A stretch of 64,000 bases of DNA from Eledone cirrhosa (Eukaryota), in the NCBI GenBank assembly GCA_964016885.1, contig OZ024744.1, positions 68,820,001 to 68,884,000 of the forward strand. Reading direction: 5' to 3'. Shown in pieces: positions 38,696 to 52,297 of this stretch. The translations under genes were made by a program, and so were the position numbers. The notes below the pieces were generated by a model. The model was not told the DNA's origin. It saw only the letters and a list, made by a program, of their open reading frames with translations, and made no database searches. Within the stretch, counting starts at the first letter, position 1; each line of letters opens with the position of its first letter.

Positions 38696-39335
38696 CCGTA
38701 TTACTGTAGTGATGGTGCTGTAGCGGTGGCAGCAGCAGTGAAGGAGTCAAGGGGTGGTGGCGGCGGTGATGGGATAGTGGTGGTAATGATGGCCGTAGTG
38801 AGTGGTGGCGGTGAAGGTGAAAATGCTGTTGTGTTTAGTGTACACAGATGATGGGGTGGGTGGTGTATCTAGTTTCTGGTGTTGGTGAGTTTCGCTGTCC
38901 TATATAGTGTAGCCAGAGGAGAGGAGGGGGGGGGGGTTCTTCTTCCATTTATAGCCATTTTATTTTTTTTGGATATACAGTGTACAATACAAAGTTGAAT
39001 ATTTGAATATTTGAGCCGTATTACTGTAGTGATGGTGCTGTAGCGGTGGCAGCAGCAGTGAAGGAGTCAAGGGGTGGTGGCGGCGGTGATGGGATAGTGG
39101 TGGTAATGATGGCCGTAGTGAGCGGTGGCGGTGAAGGTGAAAATGCTGTTGTGTTTAGTGTACACAGATGATGGGGTGGGTGGTGTATCTAGTTTCTGGT
39201 GTTGGTGAGTTTAGCTGTCCTATATAGTGTAGCCAGAGGAGAGGAGGGGGGGGGGGTTCTTCTTCTTCCATTTATAGCCATTTTTTTTTGGATATACAGT
39301 GTACAATACAAAGTTGAATATTTGAATATTTGAGC
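38696..39335. repeat. ~320-bp tandem duplication in the Dong-A 5' region
   Basis: 38696-39015 is repeated at 39016-39335 with few differences. Confidence 0.9.
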
Positions 39336-39502
39336 CTTATAACAATATATTTTGGGTCCGAATTTTTTTGGGGCTCAAGCCGGGTGCTTTACGTAGCATT
39401 TGTACTAAGAGTTGTTATTTCACAAATGATTTAAATATGTTAAAAATTCAAAACTTACGGGAGCGATTTCATGACCTCCGTCACCTCGTGCGTCTTCTTC
39501 CC

Positions 39503-39600
<98 letters not shown>

Positions 39601-39810
39601 GGCGACCTACGTAGTAAATCCTATCATCGTGAGCTCCGCAAAGGTTTGTTATTTCCGTTTGTTAAAAATTGTCATTTATGGAAAATGTTATTGTTAACTA
39701 TTTATAAGCGCACATACATTGTTTTCCGAAAAGGACACCCAAAAAGATTGGGGCCTTGTGCCCAAAATTTAAACTTTTATTATTATAAAAAAAAATTTTC
39801 TTTGAAAAAA

Positions 39811-41806
39811 ATGGCTAATTCACCTCTGCACCAAACAGCTGAAAGCCTTCCTCACAAATTAACACCTCACACCGACACCACCATTGTAAATGTTACTACG
39901 TTTGCCAACACAAATAAATAAATATAAGCAGTAGCAATATTTTAAATTTGTCTCAGGCAGACATTCATTTCCCGCCATTACCAATGACTGCAGGTGTTAA
40001 ACCCTCCACCACCACCACCACCGCGACAACCACCACCCCCACCACCACCGCGACAACAGAAACAAAAGAAAAAAATAAATTAACTCGTGATGTCGAAATG
40101 AAATCAAACAAAATGTACTCTTCCCCACCAAAGACGACTGACGTCACCACCACCACAACTGAAACTAAAATTAATATTAACACAAATAACGATAGCAACA
40201 ACAACAACAACAATGACATTATAAAACCGACCCTCAGTTTCGCCAGAGTAGCAAAACAGTTCGAAGCATTTACGGTAATTCAGGAGGATTTAGAAAATGC
40301 CAAACAAATGGTAAAGAAAGATGGGTACAGGGTCAGCCCCCCCCCCACCTAATAAAATGGAGCATCGGCGCCTATGCACCGTGTCGTATAGAACAATAAA
40401 TGTAAAATCGCGCCGAGTGGAACGGGCATCCGAGTCCCAAATCCAAAAAGCTTTGGGACATGTGTGGGCAAGAAAAACCCACATCAGACGTGGACAAAAG
40501 TATGGAACCGTGGATATGTTCTTTGAAACACCAGAGGAGGCTAGAGAACACTCTATGGCCCCATTAAAAAGTGATGACTTCACTCTCGTCCCAAGCTATT
40601 GTGGCCAGAGACTCGTAAAGATCAGGGTGACCCACGTTCCACCGGCCATCGAAATTCCCTGGCTAATAGCGGCCGTCCTCGCCGGCATCGAAGCCAACAC
40701 GAAAATAATAGCAATAGCAAAAGAAAAGCAGGAGAACTGGTCCGGATCTGGGATGGAGCTCCTGATCCAAGCGGACCAAAAAAGCATTGAGGAGATCCCA
40801 GAGGTAATAGACCTCAGTGACGGCAGCCACCTCACCGTAACTGTCGAGGGCAGAAGACCTAGGTGTCTCGTTTGTGGTGAAGGAACCCACCTAAGGGCTT
40901 TCTGCCCTCAGGCTAAAAGGTTGAGGCCACCTCTCCTACCCACCCTAGTGACACAACCATCAACACCACCAGTAGCAGAGATGGCAGCAACAACTGTAGC
41001 AGCAACAACAGAAGCAACTATAACAGCAACAACCCCAGCAACAGTAGCAAAACCAACACCACCACCACCACCAGCAAAACCAACACCACCACCACCCAAC
41101 GCTTCAGAACTAGCACCAGCGCCTACACCATCCACCACGCCACAACCAAAACTAACGGCTGTGGAGGATTTTCCACTCCCCGTCCTATCACAACCGGAGA
41201 CAGATTGTGACGACGAGGAGTGGGAAACGATATCCGGAAAAAAAAAAGAAACCAAAAAAGAAAAAAAATTCTCTTCCTTCCCCCTCCAAAAACAAAATAC
41301 AGAGGGAAACAAATAAATTAAGAAACAAAAAAGTTAGGACAGATATGCCACCATCCACACCAGCATCACCAACTCCATCAACCCAAACACCAACACCATC
41401 ACCATCATTAACCCCAACACCACCATCACCTACACCACAAAAGTCACCAAAATGCGAAACAGAAACAAACCCACAACAAACGCAAACAAAACAAAACAAC
41501 CAAAACGATACACACTACACAGCATTAAATTTGAACAACAAGCAATTATTACACTACATCCAACACAACACCAGCATCACAGATAAAGACTACACAACAA
41601 CCCCAAAATTCACACCACCTCCACACATACAAATCACTCGCATCACACAGAAAACGTACATGAAACTGAAACAAAAATTCCCCAAAGACATCGGAGACTT
41701 CCGACAAGCACTCTCCAGGAGGATTTATAAGGACATCCTTCCTGAGGAGGCCACAAGCAGTGAAAAGGATGGAAAAACCGTCCTTCCCCTACGAGAAGTA
41801 AGGTAA
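39811..41806 (+). pseudogene. Tx1 copy 2 ORF1, frameshifted
   Basis: Pieces 39811-39921, 39948-40352, 40321-41316 and 41207-41806; knuckle CLVCGEGTHLRAFC; homologous to ORF1 of copy 1. Confidence 0.85.
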
Positions 41807-41840
41807 GTGGTCTTTCCCATCTTTTCCACTCCTTTTCAAC

Positions 41841-44800
41841 ATGACCTCACTCAGAATAGGCAGCATAAATGCGCGTGGCTTGGGGTCGTCATGGAAGCAG
41901 GGCCACCTGCTCAACGATCTCAGGTCACTAAACATAGATGTAGAGACCAGAATCTCCGAAGCACAGGCTTTCGCACCGATCTTCGGCGGCTACGATGTGT
42001 ACGCATCTCACAGCTGTCCGGGATCGGGGGGGAGGAGTTGCTGTGCTTTTTCGGAGAGGTTTGGATCTTGCCATACGGGCCATCTTCCTGGACCCAGAAG
42101 GTAAGTTGGTGGTGCTGGACGTGACCAGCGGAGACGGCCAAGCTTTCAGATTAGTGGCCGTCTATGCCCCGACAGGAGCAAGGCGGCCTGATTTCTTCCG
42201 GCGTCTGGAGACCTTTCTTGGAACGTCCCGCTCTTTAGTGTTAGTGGGCGACTGGAACGGGATCTTAGATGCACGCTGGGATTGTGTGGGATTAGTGGAT
42301 AGGGAAGGAGGGTGCAAGAGCCTCACCAACCTGCTCAGACGTTTTGAACTGTCTGACAGGTACCGAATGGATTTCCCGAATGTACCAATGTGGACTTGGA
42401 CAAATCGCATAGGGTCATCCAGATCATATCTAGATAGAGTATTTTGTAGGGAAATAGATAGGTCTAGCATAGGCTGTCCACAATTCAAGATAGTCAGCTA
42501 CACGGACGACAAATTCGTGATCTGTGTGCTTGACTTAGATAGGCTTCATAGACGAGGACCCGGCTACTGGAAGCTAAACGCGTCCTTACCAGCGCGCAAG
42601 GCCTACAGAGACCGGATTAGCGAACTAGTTAAGCGGGCGTTGACGGGGGACATCGTCAACAACAAGTGGTGGTTTGATCTGAAAAGAGCAATTAGAATAG
42701 AGTCCATTAGGTTTAGTAAGACTTTAGCAATAGAGAAAAATAGAGCAGAGGGAGAATTAGTTAGAAAATTAGATGAGGCGCTTAGCAAAGGCATCGCGAC
42801 CGACGTACTTGCGGCGAAATTGGCCCTTGACCAATTCTTCAATGCAAAGCACGAAGGCTGCGTTGTCAGAGCTAGGGTGCGTGCTCTCAGACACGAGGGG
42901 ACGAAAGCCGTTCAATGGGCCCGAGTGGCGGAGGCGCGTCGTGGCAACAAAGCCACGATCCGGTCTTTGGTGGACCACGACGGGCGCATGCTACTCGATC
43001 CCGGGCAAATGTGTGAAGCTTTTCAGCGACACTTCGCTCAACTGTTCGGGGGCAGTGGCGGGCCGGATCGAGGGATGGACTTTAGTGTCTACCTCGACGG
43101 ACTACCGCGGCTTTCGGCCACTGAGGCGGAGTGTTGCGAAAAGCCGATAACAACCGCTGAAGTACGGGATTCAATGACTAGTTGCACAAGGGGTAAATCG
43201 CCTGGTTTAGATGGTCTGCCCTATGAACTTTACGTACAAATGCCAAACTTGTTCGGATGCCTCTTGGCGGACGTCTACTGCAACTGGCAACAGAACGGGA
43301 GAATTCCCAGCTCTATGAGCCGAGGAGCGGTGGCGCTGCTGAGAAAGGATCCGAACAAGGGGGATAACATAGATAATTTTAGGCCCATAACTCTGCTAAA
43401 CACAGAGTTCAAGATTTTGGCCAAGGTGCTAGCAAAGAGGTTGGCGCTTGTCGTTGGTGGTCTGGTGGGAGAGGCACAGACATGCGCCATTCCCGACAGA
43501 TCCATTCACGACAACCTCCACCTCATGCGATACATCGTAGAGAGGGTAGCTAGGGAACCTGGCACGGGTGGGTCTTTGATCAATTTAGATCAGTCGAAAG
43601 CCTTCGATAGGGTCGACCATCGTTACCTAGCGGCAGTCCTGAGGGCGGCTGGCTTTGGGCCCGTCTTCAGAGGCTGGATCGCTGCCATGCACAGCGACAT
43701 CTGCTCTGTAGTGAGAGTGAACGGTCACCTTTCGGAACCGTTCAACATCATGCGCTCGGTCCGCCAAGGATGTCCCCTCTCGTCCCTATTGTACGTATTG
43801 ACTCTCGAGCCATTACTGCACAAACTGGAGACGTTGAGGGGGGTCCCGCGCGAACTAGGATGCGGAAGATCCGTGTCAGCATATGCCGACGATGTCACCG
43901 TAGTGGTGTCGAACGCCAAACACATCGAGGCGATCGGCACTACACTAAGAGAATACGAAGCGGTGACAGGAGCAATGATCAACCAGGAAAAGTCAGTGGG
44001 CCTGCAGCTCGGCACCTGGAGAGGCAGGTCCATGCCGTCCAACAGCGTCGTCGGGCGCTGGACGGACGGACCGGTTAAATTGCTAGGGGTCTGGTTCGGT
44101 CCAGACCTCCAGACGGACAAAAACTGGGACGAGGTGACGAGCAGGGTGGCTTATCTCACCCAGAAATGGGCCGAGAGGAAGCTATCCCTGAAAGGTCGAG
44201 CGGAGGTGGCGAATGCGTACATCGCATCCGTCATCTATTACCGCCTGACCGTCGTACCTTGTCCTAAGCCCCGCCTGACTGCGCTGGAGCGTTTGCTCTT
44301 TCGCTTCTTGTGGAAGGGACGCGCTCCGATGGTCAGGCGGTCCATCTGCTGTCAACACCCGCTACGTGGAGGGCTGGGCATGCCGTGGCTGATGATGCGC
44401 AGACACGCGCTCAGGCTACGACATCTCCACCTCTTCCTCGACGGTGATCAGGTGTGGTCGCCGTTTGCAAGACGCGTTTTTCCCCAGCTCGTCTCCTTGA
44501 CGGAGCTGCAGTCCTGGGTCAAGCGAAGACCGAGAGGGAGCGCTTGGAGACTGGAATGTCTTCAGGCGCTCACAGCCCTCGACCAATCGGGCAATGTGAT
44601 CGGTGGAAACTCCACCTTGGCGTTCTATAGGGGATTAGTGGAGGGGAAGAGCGACGACGTACTTGGAGAAACTCTAGGCGTCGACGAAAATCAACTAGCC
44701 AATCTCTTCGGAAGGACTTTCGGGCTGGTGCCTATGGACAAGTTCCAGAAATCCCTGGCCTGGCAGTGCTACCGAGGAGCTTTGCCAGTTCGGGATAAAC

Positions 44801-45248
44801 TCTACAGGCATGGAGGTGCCGTCAGCCGGGCATGTCCGAGATGCGCGCAGGGCGACGAAACCGTCCTGCACGCACTCGTCCAGTGTCCGAGCATTGCTGA
44901 CTTGTGGGTTTATGTCGAACACCTGCTGTCACGTGTAGGACGGATCCAGCTATCAGCTGAGTCCATCGTGAGGATTGCCCCGCCCCCTTCCTTTAGCCTG
45001 GAAGGGCAGGCAGTTTTTATCTGTCTGGTGGCCATGGCGAAAGAGATAGTATGGTGGACACGTTTGAAAGGGCTGAAGACGAGCACTTACCTCTTCGGTG
45101 ATGCCCTGATTAACTTTTTCAAATTTCATTTGAAAAGGAAAATCAGGGTAGAGGGGGAAGTGCTCTCTTCCCAGCATTTTGTTGAAAGATGGGTGAGAGA
45201 AGCAAGTATGGCCCGAATGAATGGGCCTCTCTGAGTATGTATCTGTAA
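41841..45248 (+). pseudogene. Tx1 copy 2 ORF2 (APE-RT) with an early deletion and frameshift, and a frameshift near the C-terminus
   Basis: MTSLRIGSINARGL start, loss of VAIS, frameshift at ~42010-42030; 41995-45234 stays open for 1079 aa. Confidence 0.9.
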
Positions 45249-45491
45249 ATTAAAGGTGGAAAACTGGGAGAGGGCACTTACCCTGGTGGTCAGGGCCACT
45301 GTGGTCTTTTAATGGGCTTTCTCCACAAATGTCCCATGGAAGTCTCCCCCCTATTGGGGAATTTTTCTTTGTTATTTCATTTCAACTTCTGTTTTTTTTA
45401 CACGCAGAAATGCCCATTTGTACCGTCCTGTATTGTCCTGTACTGTCCTTAATGTCTACTTTATGTGAACCCTTGTGGTTAATAAAGAAAA

Positions 45492-45527
<36 letters not shown>

Positions 45528-45529
45528 TA

Positions 45530-48500
45530 CAGTTGCATTTATCTTTCTTTATGTTCATACGAGTTGTCACCAAGTCACAACTAGTGACCTCAAGAGACAA
45601 CAAGGTCCGCCATGTTCAAGAAAGAACATACATACTCACCCATGCATCTTTAGTGTTTAGACTTGTGATGTACTTATATTGACAGAATCTTCCTTAGTAT
45701 ATGGGCAGTTCCCATTAGTACTATCTTTTGTATTTCTCCTATACGCGGGTTTCCTGGGATTTGCGATAAGTAATCATTAGACCCCTTCGGTATCATTCCC
45801 AGAGCGCCTACAACCACTGGTTTTGTTTTAGTTCTCAATTTCCACATTTTTCCAATTTCTATCTCCAGGTCCTTATACTTGCTCAATTTTTCAAATGTTT
45901 TTATAGATACATTCTTGTCTATTGGAACAGACATATCAATTAGCAGGCATACCCTCTTTTTGAAGTCCTTCAATATTATATCAGGTCCATTTGCATCTAT
46001 TTTTCGGTCTGTTTGGATGCTAAAGTTCCACAAGATTGAGATGTGATCTTTTTCAAGTATGGGAGGTGGTTTATGCTCCCACCAATTCTTTTGATGGGGC
46101 AGGTCAATATGCTTACGCATTATCCAATGTATGTATTGTGCAGCTCTGTCATGCCTGTTTAGGTATTCGGTTGGAGCTATAGGACTGCACATTGAAATTA
46201 TATGGTCAATGGTCTCTGGTTGTTTTTTGCATACACGGCATAATGGGCTGCATCCATTTTTTATTATGTTCGCTTTGTAATTTTTTGTTGGCAGGCACAG
46301 ATCTTGTGCTGATATAATCAGTCCTTCAGTCTCCGATTTCAGTCCAGAGGATGCCAACCACTGATGGGTTAAAGTTTTGTCAACATCAGGATTGTTAGAT
46401 CGCTCTGGGTATTTTCCATACAGAGGCTTTTCTTGCCATTTCTTAGCCAGGTTCTGTAGCAGTTCTTTCTTTACCTACTTTGCTTTTTCTGTGTTTTCCA
46501 TTCCAGCAGTAAATGGGACTTCTGAAATTTGTAGTCCATTACTGTATCTTTGTGCATCTTTTGTAATGGAATATGATCTTTTGATGCTTTCGTGTTTCAA
46601 AACGAGTCTGATCATCCAATCATGTGATTCCCTTAGATATGTAGATAATCCAATTGTTGCAGTTTTCAACGCAATGTCTAACTGGATTAACCCACGTCCT
46701 CCTTCTTTCCTAGGGAGATATATTCTATCTATATCTGCCTTAGGGTGATGCATTCTGTGCATGGTTAAGAGTTTTCGAATTTTTGTATCGAGCCTACGGA
46801 TCTCTGTGCTTGACCAGTTGATGACATTGTAACTGTAGGTTACTACTGGTATGGCAAGCGTGTTTATGGCATCGATCCTATTCCTTGCATTCAATTCCGT
46901 TCTTAAGATTGCTCTTACTCTGCGGTAACATTCCTTCCTTATCCTTTCCCCCATTGTCGAGTGCTTGATTCCGTCTCCTTCACAAACACCTAGATATTTG
47001 TAAGTTTTTTCTTGATCAAGTTCTCTTATCACGTTCCCCCGATCAAGATTAATGTCTGAACTCTTCAGCAGCTTTCCTCTGGTGAACGTTGCTTTGGCGC
47101 ATTTGTCTAGTCCAAACTCCATTTTAATGTCATACTGAACTGCTCCACAGTGGATAATAGCCCTTGCAATTGTTCATCATTTTTTGCAAATAGTTTCAGG
47201 TCATCCATGTAGAACAAGTGATTAATGGTTTTGTCATAGACTTTATATCCATGTTTTGTTTCATTGAGCATTTTACTTAATGGTATAAGTGCAATGCAGA
47301 ATAAAAGCGGTGATAAAGAGTCACCTTGAAAAATTCCACAATTAATATTAACTTCTCCAGCTTCCAGTGATTTTGTTTCACTATTCAAAAGGAGTGTCGT
47401 TTTCCATGTCTTCATACTGAATGACAAAAACCTACTGACAACGGGGGATATTTTTAAAATCTCTAAACATTTTTCAATCCAACTGTGTGGCAAACTATCG
47501 AATGCTTTTTTATAATCTATCCAAGCAATCGATAGATTTTTGTGTCTATTATGACAATCTTCCAGTATCATTTTGTTAACCAGAAGCTGATCCTTACAGC
47601 CATATGAGCCTCGTTTACACCCTTTCTGCTCAATGGGAAATAGGTCATATGTTATCAGGTGGTCATATGTGTATTCAGTTAGGACTGATGTTAAAATTTT
47701 ATACATTGTGGTCAAGCAGGTTATCGGTCTGTAATTTTGGGGATTGTTTGTCTCATCATTCTTCGGAAGCAGGAATGTAATGCCGTTAACTAGCCATGAT
47801 GGTATCTTTTCTGGCTCCTTAACTATTTCATTGTAAAGTTGGGCTAACAGCTCATGAGACTCTGTGAAGGCATTTATCCAAAAGTTTTGTATTTTGTCTT
47901 TTCCTGGGGATTTCCATTTGCAGGTTTTTCTTAGAGCCAAGCGCAACTGTTCAACTGTTATATTTTCCCATATTTGTTCCTCAAGGTGAGCTGTATCTTT
48001 CATTTGTCTGTCTATCCATGGGGCATGTATGTTATGAACTTTTTCTTCGGCCCAGATCTTTTCCCAGAATTCTTGCACTTCTTCCTTGGGTGGTATTGAT
48101 TTAGCAGTTATTGTTGACTTACCAATTTTTCTGTAGAAGTTTCTTTGGTTGTTTTTGAACATATTATTGTCCTTATAGAATCTAGATCGTTTTTCAAAGC
48201 GCCTTATACGAGCAGCTTTGGCCGACACTTTTTGTTTGATTATTTCTATCAGCATGTCTATGTCACTTGTTGATTTTATACTGTACTTTTTTTTCAATTT
48301 TCTAAGTTTAGTTTGTTTAACATGTTCACCTACTTTATAGTTTGTTAAAATTTCTATGTCAGATCGGAGAAGGCTTATTTGGCGATTGATGTTCTCTTGC
48401 CAAGTAGATTTCTTGTGGGAATTCCTTTGTTTTTTCATCTTCACTCCACATAAGTGAGTGGTGACTTTAGCCGATGCATAATAGAGATGATTTAAATCAG

Positions 48501-50455
48501 TAATGTTTAGTTTGTTTGTGATGATAATATTTTTGAGAATTATGTTAGTCTTGTGTATTATCTTTTGGTTCTGTTTGGAGTTCTGGATCTTAGGGAGGGT
48601 GTCTCGTTGCCCCATGTCAGATTCTTTCATTTTCATCCATTCGATCATAATTTCATCCTTCAAGTTGGCAAGTTCATTCTCATTCATTTCTTTATCATTT
48701 ACGATCTCATTATTTTCATTTGGAGTTTCATCTTGAGCATGCACTCCCTCCACTTTTTCGATCCTTTCTTTAATTTGTTCTGTTGCCAGTGATTCCGCCC
48801 CAACCCTGGGATTCGAACTGTTACAATTTACCTCGTTTTCACTGACACATGTTTCATTTTCCCTTCGCCGACTTTGTGCTAATAGCTTGATCTGATCAAT
48901 TTCTATATCAGTTAGTAACTTTTTTCTTACAATATTTCTTCGTATATTGGCTAGTTTGTTACTGTCAATATAGCCTCTGTTTTCGGGATGTTTCTTTTTC
49001 CAGTTGATATATGTCTGTTCTGTATTCGATGTATTTGATGGGTAGTACATGGCAGTGTAGAAAGCCTCAAGGACTTCTTTATTATCTTCCCTTGACCATT
49101 TTTCTCTCTTTTTCTTTGGATTTCTTGGTGGTGAGCATGGAGGGCCAACAGTAGGAGTATTCCGGTTATGGGAGGTCTCCAGCTCCGAAGTGATGGGAAG
49201 GTTTGAACCATTAGCTGATTTTTCGACCCCAGTCTGGTTCCTCTCTGAGGGACGCGGCCCTTTTTTACCCGGGTGACGGCCGATCCGGTATGAGATTTTA
49301 TCATTAGACAATTACTTTATTTTGTCGCGTTTTATCCTTATCCGCCAAGGGGTAATCATTTCGTGTTACCACTTCTAGAACGAGTGTCAACCAAGACTAG
49401 AGGGGTCGTTCTCCCCTAGAGACACGGCTATTCCCCGCCGGCCGCCATCCCGGTATTTCTTGGTCACGGGGTTTTCTTTTTGTTGTTTTTTTTTAAATTG
49501 TTATTATCATGAGTGGTTCCTTAATGTGAGCATTGCGTGGCTTAAGAATGAAATTATTAATAATTGTCTCCACTCCAGGCACAAGGCCAGCAATCACCCA
49601 GTGCATATAATATAATATACTTTTTGCTGAAGTTGCCTGTTATTGTTGTTGGCTATGTCGGTGGTGGTGCTGGGGATTTTTATATTGTTGGTGAGGAAGG
49701 GGTGAGCTAGCAGTGCCATAGTTGTTGCTGTTGACGTTTGGCCGGTGGCCAGGTCACTAAGTCAATCTATTTATATCTTTTGCTAGCTTCTCTCTTGTCT
49801 AGTGATACCGCCACCTTCCCCTTTCTCTCTCAAGTTAACAGGGGAATAGTGGTGGTAGCAATGAAGGAGTGGTGGCGGCGGTGATGGGATAGTGGTAGCA
49901 ATGATGGATGGGGTGGTGGCGGTGGTGGCGTTGACGTTACTGAGTTTTGTGATATGTAGTATATATGAGTGTGTGTCGCGTATGTTTAATATATATTGTG
50001 TTGACATATTCCCGTAAAATTGGGATTAAACATTTTTTAAAAACTTGAGACAATAATAATAGTAATTATTATTATGATGCTGGGATTGGTGGTGGTGGTG
50101 GTGAAATTGCCGTTATCTGGCTGTTATATTTAGTGTGATGGGGTAGGTGGTGTATCAAGTTTCTGGTGTTGGTGAAATTGCTGTTATTTGGCTGTTCTAT
50201 ATAGTGTAGACAGAGGGTGTTTTCTTCCATTTATAACCATTTTCTTTTTTGAATGCAAAATATATAATACAAAATTGAATATTTGAGCGATATAACAATA
50301 TAATATGGATTCGAAATTTTATGGGACTTGACTCGGTGGTTTATGCAACATCTGTACTAAGAATTGTTATTTCACAATTGATTTAAATATGTTAAAAATC
50401 AAAAACTTACGGGAGCGATTTCATGACCTTCTACCACCTCGTGCGTCTTCTTCCC
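45530..50455 (-). mobile_element. Full-length Dong/R4 LINE, family B (disrupted)
   Basis: 5' leader homologous to Dong-A; ORF split in three; (TAA)n flanks. Confidence 0.92.
45674..49311 (-). pseudogene. Dong/R4 family B ORF (RT plus RLE), broken
   Basis: 47107-49311 (FYMDDLK), 46475-47122 and 45674-46357 (CRVC, RHD, PD..D). Confidence 0.92.
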
Positions 50456-50463
50456 TTATTCTT

Positions 50464-50616
<153 letters not shown>

Positions 50617-50628
50617 GTTATTGTTATT

Positions 50629-51290
50629 CCTTGAATCTCAGTCATTGATGTTGGTTAACTGGAAAGTCCGTTGGATTGAATATCAAGCCACTACCTGCAG
50701 CCTCAGATATTCAGGACGTATCGGAGGGTTCTTGCTGTTCCAAGCAAGCATGCCTTTTGAAGCGTTCCAAAAAGCGTGAAGGGGCCGATTTTCTTTAACC
50801 ATCCCTGGAAACCTTTGGAGATAGTCCCCAGTGCGCCTATGACAATCGGGATCACTTTGACTTCATGGCAGTTCCAAATCCTTTTCACCTCCCACTTTAG
50901 GTCCTGGTATCGGTTAATTTTCTCCCTCTCCTTCTCTTGCACTCTCGTGTCGAACGGGCAGGCCACATCCACAATCAGGCACGATCTTTTTTCTTTGTCC
51001 ATAACCACCAGGTCAGGTCTATTGTGTTCCAGTTTTTTGTCCGTCTGTATCCTAAAATCCCACAGCACCTTCACCTGACTGTTCTCCATCACCGCCTCTG
51101 GCCTATGCTCATACCATTTCTCAGAATGTGGTAGATTGTTTACTTTGCACAGGTGCCAGTGGATCACCCTGCCCATCACATCGTGTCTCCAGCCCTTATA
51201 GTGGGTCTGGGCTAGGTGTTTACACTCGGACACAATGTGAGCCACAGTCTCCTCTCTCTCTCCACAGATCCTGCACAGTGGGCTAGCCTC

Positions 51291-51291
<1 letters not shown>
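50629..51291 (-). mobile_element. 5'-truncated Dong/R4 family A fragment (zinc knuckle, RLE, 3'UTR)
   Basis: Near-identical to 34657-35320; TAA repeats on both sides. Confidence 0.93.
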
Positions 51292-51320
<29 letters not shown>

Positions 51321-51327
<7 letters not shown>

Positions 51328-51525
51328 CGTATTTCAATGGTACTAATATTTAAGTACGCTTTCGTCGGATAAAATACAATAATTGGTGTAAAGATAGTGA
51401 CATATCTTCATGTGAATTTAATAGTATAAGTTCAGTGAAGATATGCCACTATCTTTACACCAATTATTATATTTTATCTGACGAAAGCGTACTTAAATAT
51501 TAGCACCCTTGAAATACGTATAATA
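51321..51525. ncRNA. Foldback element with hammerhead core
   Basis: Inverted arms; CTGACGA-AAG..CTT-GAAA-TACG-TA at ~51478-51520. Confidence 0.58.
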
Positions 51526-51701
51526 AAATAAATATGGCTTTATAAAGATATTTTCCATTTATTAATATTATTAATATATATATATATATAGTAATAATAA
51601 TAAATTTGAAGACTAAAATCCAAAGAGGGCTCGATAACGATAAATATATATCAAATATATAAGAACCGTAGAGCAAATATTTATTAAACTTTAATCTGTT
51701 A

Positions 51702-51797
<96 letters not shown>

Positions 51798-51897
51798 AAA
51801 AGAGTGTGATTCTTTTCCTATTACCCACTTTACTACACAAGTATCGAGAACTCTGGTCTGTTATGGTCCACCTGTTTCCTTACCACACTTCCTTCGT

Positions 51898-51994
<97 letters not shown>

Positions 51995-52219
51995 CGAAGG
52001 AAGTGTGGTAAGGAAACACCCACGCATATGCATATATATATACGCATAAACACATATATATATATACGTATATACATACATAGATATATATATATATATA
52101 TGTGTGTGTGTGTATGTATGTATGTATGTATGTATATGCGTATATATATATATATATATATATATACGCATATATATATATATATATATACTCATATGCA
52201 TACATACATACATACATAT

Positions 52220-52297
<78 letters not shown>

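Larger units (their letters stand above)
34657..39502 (-). mobile_element. Full-length Dong/R4-clade LINE, family A (intact ORF)
   Basis: ~1.4 kb 5' region, single ORF, short 3'UTR, AATAACAATAAC(AAT)n tail; (TAA)n on both flanks. Confidence 0.94.
39601..45492 (+). mobile_element. Full-length Tx1-clade LINE, copy 2 (frameshifted ORF1, damaged ORF2 start)
   Basis: (TTA)n on both flanks; ORF2 and 3'UTR nearly identical to copy 1; different 5'UTR. Confidence 0.94.

Noticed and set aside
39430-39502. Spliced-leader RNA gene (short exon, GTAAGT, U-rich tract)
   Set aside because: No convincing Sm site or SL stem-loops; both copies are attached to Dong elements, so it is treated as their leader.
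45275-45335. Resemblance to U1 snRNA (ACTTACCCTGG.., TTTCTCCACAAATGT)
   Set aside because: Only short matches, with no U1 stem-loops or Sm site in the right order; it is the Tx1 3'UTR.
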